Below are positions 61,640-64,000 of a stretch of DNA of 64,000 bases, piece by piece (positions within the stretch are counted from its first letter, which is position 1; each line of letters begins with the position of its first letter). A program made the position numbers and the translations under genes. Origin of the DNA: TPA_inf: Saccharomyces (Eukaryota). The notes below the pieces were generated by a model. It saw only the letters and a list, made by a program, of their open reading frames with translations, did not search any database and was not told where the DNA came from. The DNA is taken from NCBI GenBank assembly GCA_000146045.2, contig BK006936.2, positions 480,001 to 544,000 on the forward strand, in the 5' to 3' direction.

Positions 61640-64000
61640 CGTCAGTATCATCAGCGCCAGTAGTCTCGTTATTATCAGTATTGGTACCATTACTATGATG
61701 ATATTCCTCGCCTGGCTCAAGAGTTTTATTTTCCCACAATTTCGGAATGCTTGAAAATTGCAAGAAGTTCAAATCCTGGATTGTTATTTCATTGAAAATA
61801 TTGAAGGACACTTCCATTTTTTCTTGGTCCTCTGTAACGAAACTACCAAATGCAGCCATCTTCTCTTTATTTATGAACGAAGTTTTCAAGAGCTCGACCA
61901 TATCATCTTTTGATTCTCTCGTATGCTTAACTAACCTATTGAGAACACCCTCATAATAATTTGAATCAAAGGCATAGAATTTTGCGTATTTACTTGTCAG
62001 ATTGAACTTTTCCATCGTACTCCGTAGAAAAAAAGTGTAAAAAAAAAGAGATGTTTGCCACTTCAGATTGTGTACTGAAAGACAGCGTTCTTCAGATCCA
62101 AGCATACGGGTATGTGTATCCCTCAATAATCCAATTATATAACCAGTCTCCATGGCATGTTCGTCATTAACCATAATCTCTGACAAATACAGAAACATGG
62201 AAAAAACCGTTGTGAGAGAAAAATACAGAAACTCATTCTGAACAGTAGGGTAGTATTCAAAATCTTTCAAAATATTAAGTACTTCGATGCAATTTCGCTT
62301 GAAATCCAATCTTGACCTTCTAATAATTTCAGCTATATCATGCCGGGAACTTTCCCGTTGATCTAAGTTATCTCCAATGATGGATATGACAAATAAACTC
62401 AGGGTTATCTTTTGATGGTACCATCTGAGGTGTAATAGAATAGTAGTACAACAACTCACTTCAAAATCTAACTTCGAAGAATCCAAAGATAAAATCCTCA
62501 TGTTTTCCTTGTAATTTTCTAATGATAATATGGTGGGCAAATCGTCTCGCATTCTATCTAACGCCTTTTGATTTTCCAGTACATTTTCAATGATTTCATC
62601 TAGTGTATCGTCTAAAGTTGTTCTGATGGAAAAACATGAGTAATATATTTGAGACTCTATGAGGGATAATCTCGACAAAAAATATGATTGAATGTATGGT
62701 ACATATTCAAGGTGATTCGCGAGTAAGTTTACAACGGATACAATATCTTTCACCCCTTCTAGTTTTGAATCATCGTATTTTATAGAAAGATTGGGCAGAA
62801 TTTTATCTCTGAATAGTTCAACATAGCTTTCATCTGTTAATACATCAGTGTTTTCCTCCTTGAGAAAGGGCGGTCTTGACAACACCACAGAAAAGAATTT
62901 GTCTGTTGAAAAACAATAACACCACAAGCGTCTTCTTTTAATGATTTCATCAAGTTCTAGATCCTCATAGGTGGAATGTAAATTGAGCCGTAAATCCAAA
63001 GCCACTTTGATAGCAACGGATAGTACTTTGACCGCTGATGAAGCACTTATTTTTTGTTGGGCAAACTTTGCCAGTAACAGTAATGCCTTTAATGCCGTCA
63101 TATCTGCGCGTGCTACAGACAGTTTATGGTAGTAATAGACAGAATTGAGAAAAGTGAAAGATCTGAGTCTCCATAATTCGAACTTCTCAAAATAATAGGT
63201 TTCATGATTATCTTCATCAACTAGCTCCTGCTTCTCCTCAAAATTTGTAACGGTGGCCCCAAGGCAGAGGCAGATATTTAGCAAAAATGCCTGTGATGAT
63301 GTCAATCTTCCTTTAGCAGGATCAAAGTGCACGTCGGCAAATTGCAAACATTGATCTACATCCACTATGTGGAGAAGAGAGGCTAATGATGGACATTTTA
63401 TATTTTTGAGCAAACGCTTTGCAATTGCTAAACGGGGCAGAGGATACAAAATATTATCACTAGATGGTGATGATGCGGATCGGAAAGAGAAGTCCAGGAC
63501 CAGCTTGGTCTGTAAAATAGAATATTTGAAAGTAGTAGTAAACATTTCATTAATGGGCGAAAGAAATTCTTCGTCAGTTAAATGTGATAAAACATTTTGT
63601 CGAAAATGAAACATTTTTTGTTTTGTTAACAAGGCCTTTGAATATTGCTTTCTTTTAGGCCTTTTCATGTATTCTTTATCAATGACGTCAATTTTGCTTT
63701 TTTCAGCTAGCTTCTCTATTGTTCCCTTCATGTTTTTACAAATCTCTTCCAAAACAAAAACTTTCCCAGCAACCTTCGTATGGTTGAGTTCAATTTTTTC
63801 AAGCACTGTCCTGTCAATAGGAACAAAGTCAGGCCAAGTATCTTCTTTATCGCTTGCACTTTTGCCGGCAGAAACTCCAATATATTCTTGTGATAAGTTG
63901 GTGTGTAATTTCGGCGAGCTGTCTGTAGAAGAAGTATTTCTTGATCGCACGGCGATATCAAAATTTTCATCCTTGAACTTATTCTCCTTATCCAACCTCG
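61209..64000 (-). CDS. TBS1: Putative Zn2Cys6 fungal-specific transcription factor. The C-terminal roughly 930 aa are in the window; the N terminus with the zinc cluster lies beyond it.
   Basis: The ORF is open to the right edge of the window. It contains the fungal transcription-factor middle homology region and an Asn-rich then Asp-rich C-terminal tail (N-rich, then D21-N-DDD). Its position after ARA1 matches YBR150C. Confidence 0.85.
61440..61525 (-). repeat. Perfect (GAT)n run of about 21 units encoding poly-Asp in TBS1, flanked by imperfect GAT units
   Basis: The + strand shows uninterrupted atc repeats. The protein reads D21-N-DDD. Confidence 0.9.
61555..61655 (-). repeat. AAT/ATT-rich imperfect trinucleotide repeats encoding the poly-Asn and N-rich region of TBS1
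   Basis: The sequence contains attattattattattattatt runs. The protein reads [26 protein letters not shown]. Confidence 0.85.

Noticed and set aside
61373-61720. A 115-aa ORF rich in poly-Met and poly-Ile on the minus strand, plus many other 60-130 aa ORFs antisense to or out of frame with known genes (for example 26-259, 12319-12711, 9379-9759, 58667-59341)
   Set aside because: These are out-of-frame or antisense readings of real genes. The poly-M/I ORF is the TBS1 GAT/AAT repeat read in another frame. None has a recognisable domain and all are fully nested in conserved CDSs.

Overview
This window is Saccharomyces cerevisiae nuclear DNA from the right arm of chromosome II. It runs from the 3' end of MUD1 (YBR119W) to a 5'-truncated TBS1 (YBR150C). 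It is gene-dense (about 85% coding) and carries 33 ORFs. Thirty of them I recognise as well-characterised genes by their protein sequence, lengths and order: MUD1, CBP6, GRS1, MRPL36, TFC1, PTC4, TPS1, MEO1, VMA2, ATG14, OPY1, SHE3, CCZ1, AGP2, HSL7, CKS1, MEC1, YBR137W, YBR138C, YBR139W, IRA1, BMT2, MAK5, SUP45, ADH5, MRPS9, RTC2, YSW1, ARA1 and TBS1. I found no tRNA, rDNA, Ty or LTR elements, and nothing prokaryotic such as CRISPR or operons. I do not see an undescribed system here; this is ordinary, well-annotated yeast core genome. The points worth a second look are local. The GRS1 leader holds the in-frame UUG at codon -23 that is known to start the mitochondrial GlyRS isoform. An unusually GC-rich cluster of STRE elements sits between TPS1 and MEO1. 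A PAC-containing bidirectional promoter lies between BMT2 and MAK5, both ribosome-biogenesis genes. Several simple repeats and homopolymers fall inside coding sequence, including (GAT)21 and poly-Asn in TBS1, T15 in TFC1 and A14 in YSW1, alongside polyQ in CKS1 and His8 in OPY1. The start of MEO1 is ambiguous. The SUP45-ADH5 gap is unusually long. The ORF track accepts TTG and GTG starts, so I moved several gene starts to the first ATG that matches the known protein length. My hand-counted coordinates for short motifs may be off by 1-3 bp; the CDS coordinates are anchored to the ORF track.
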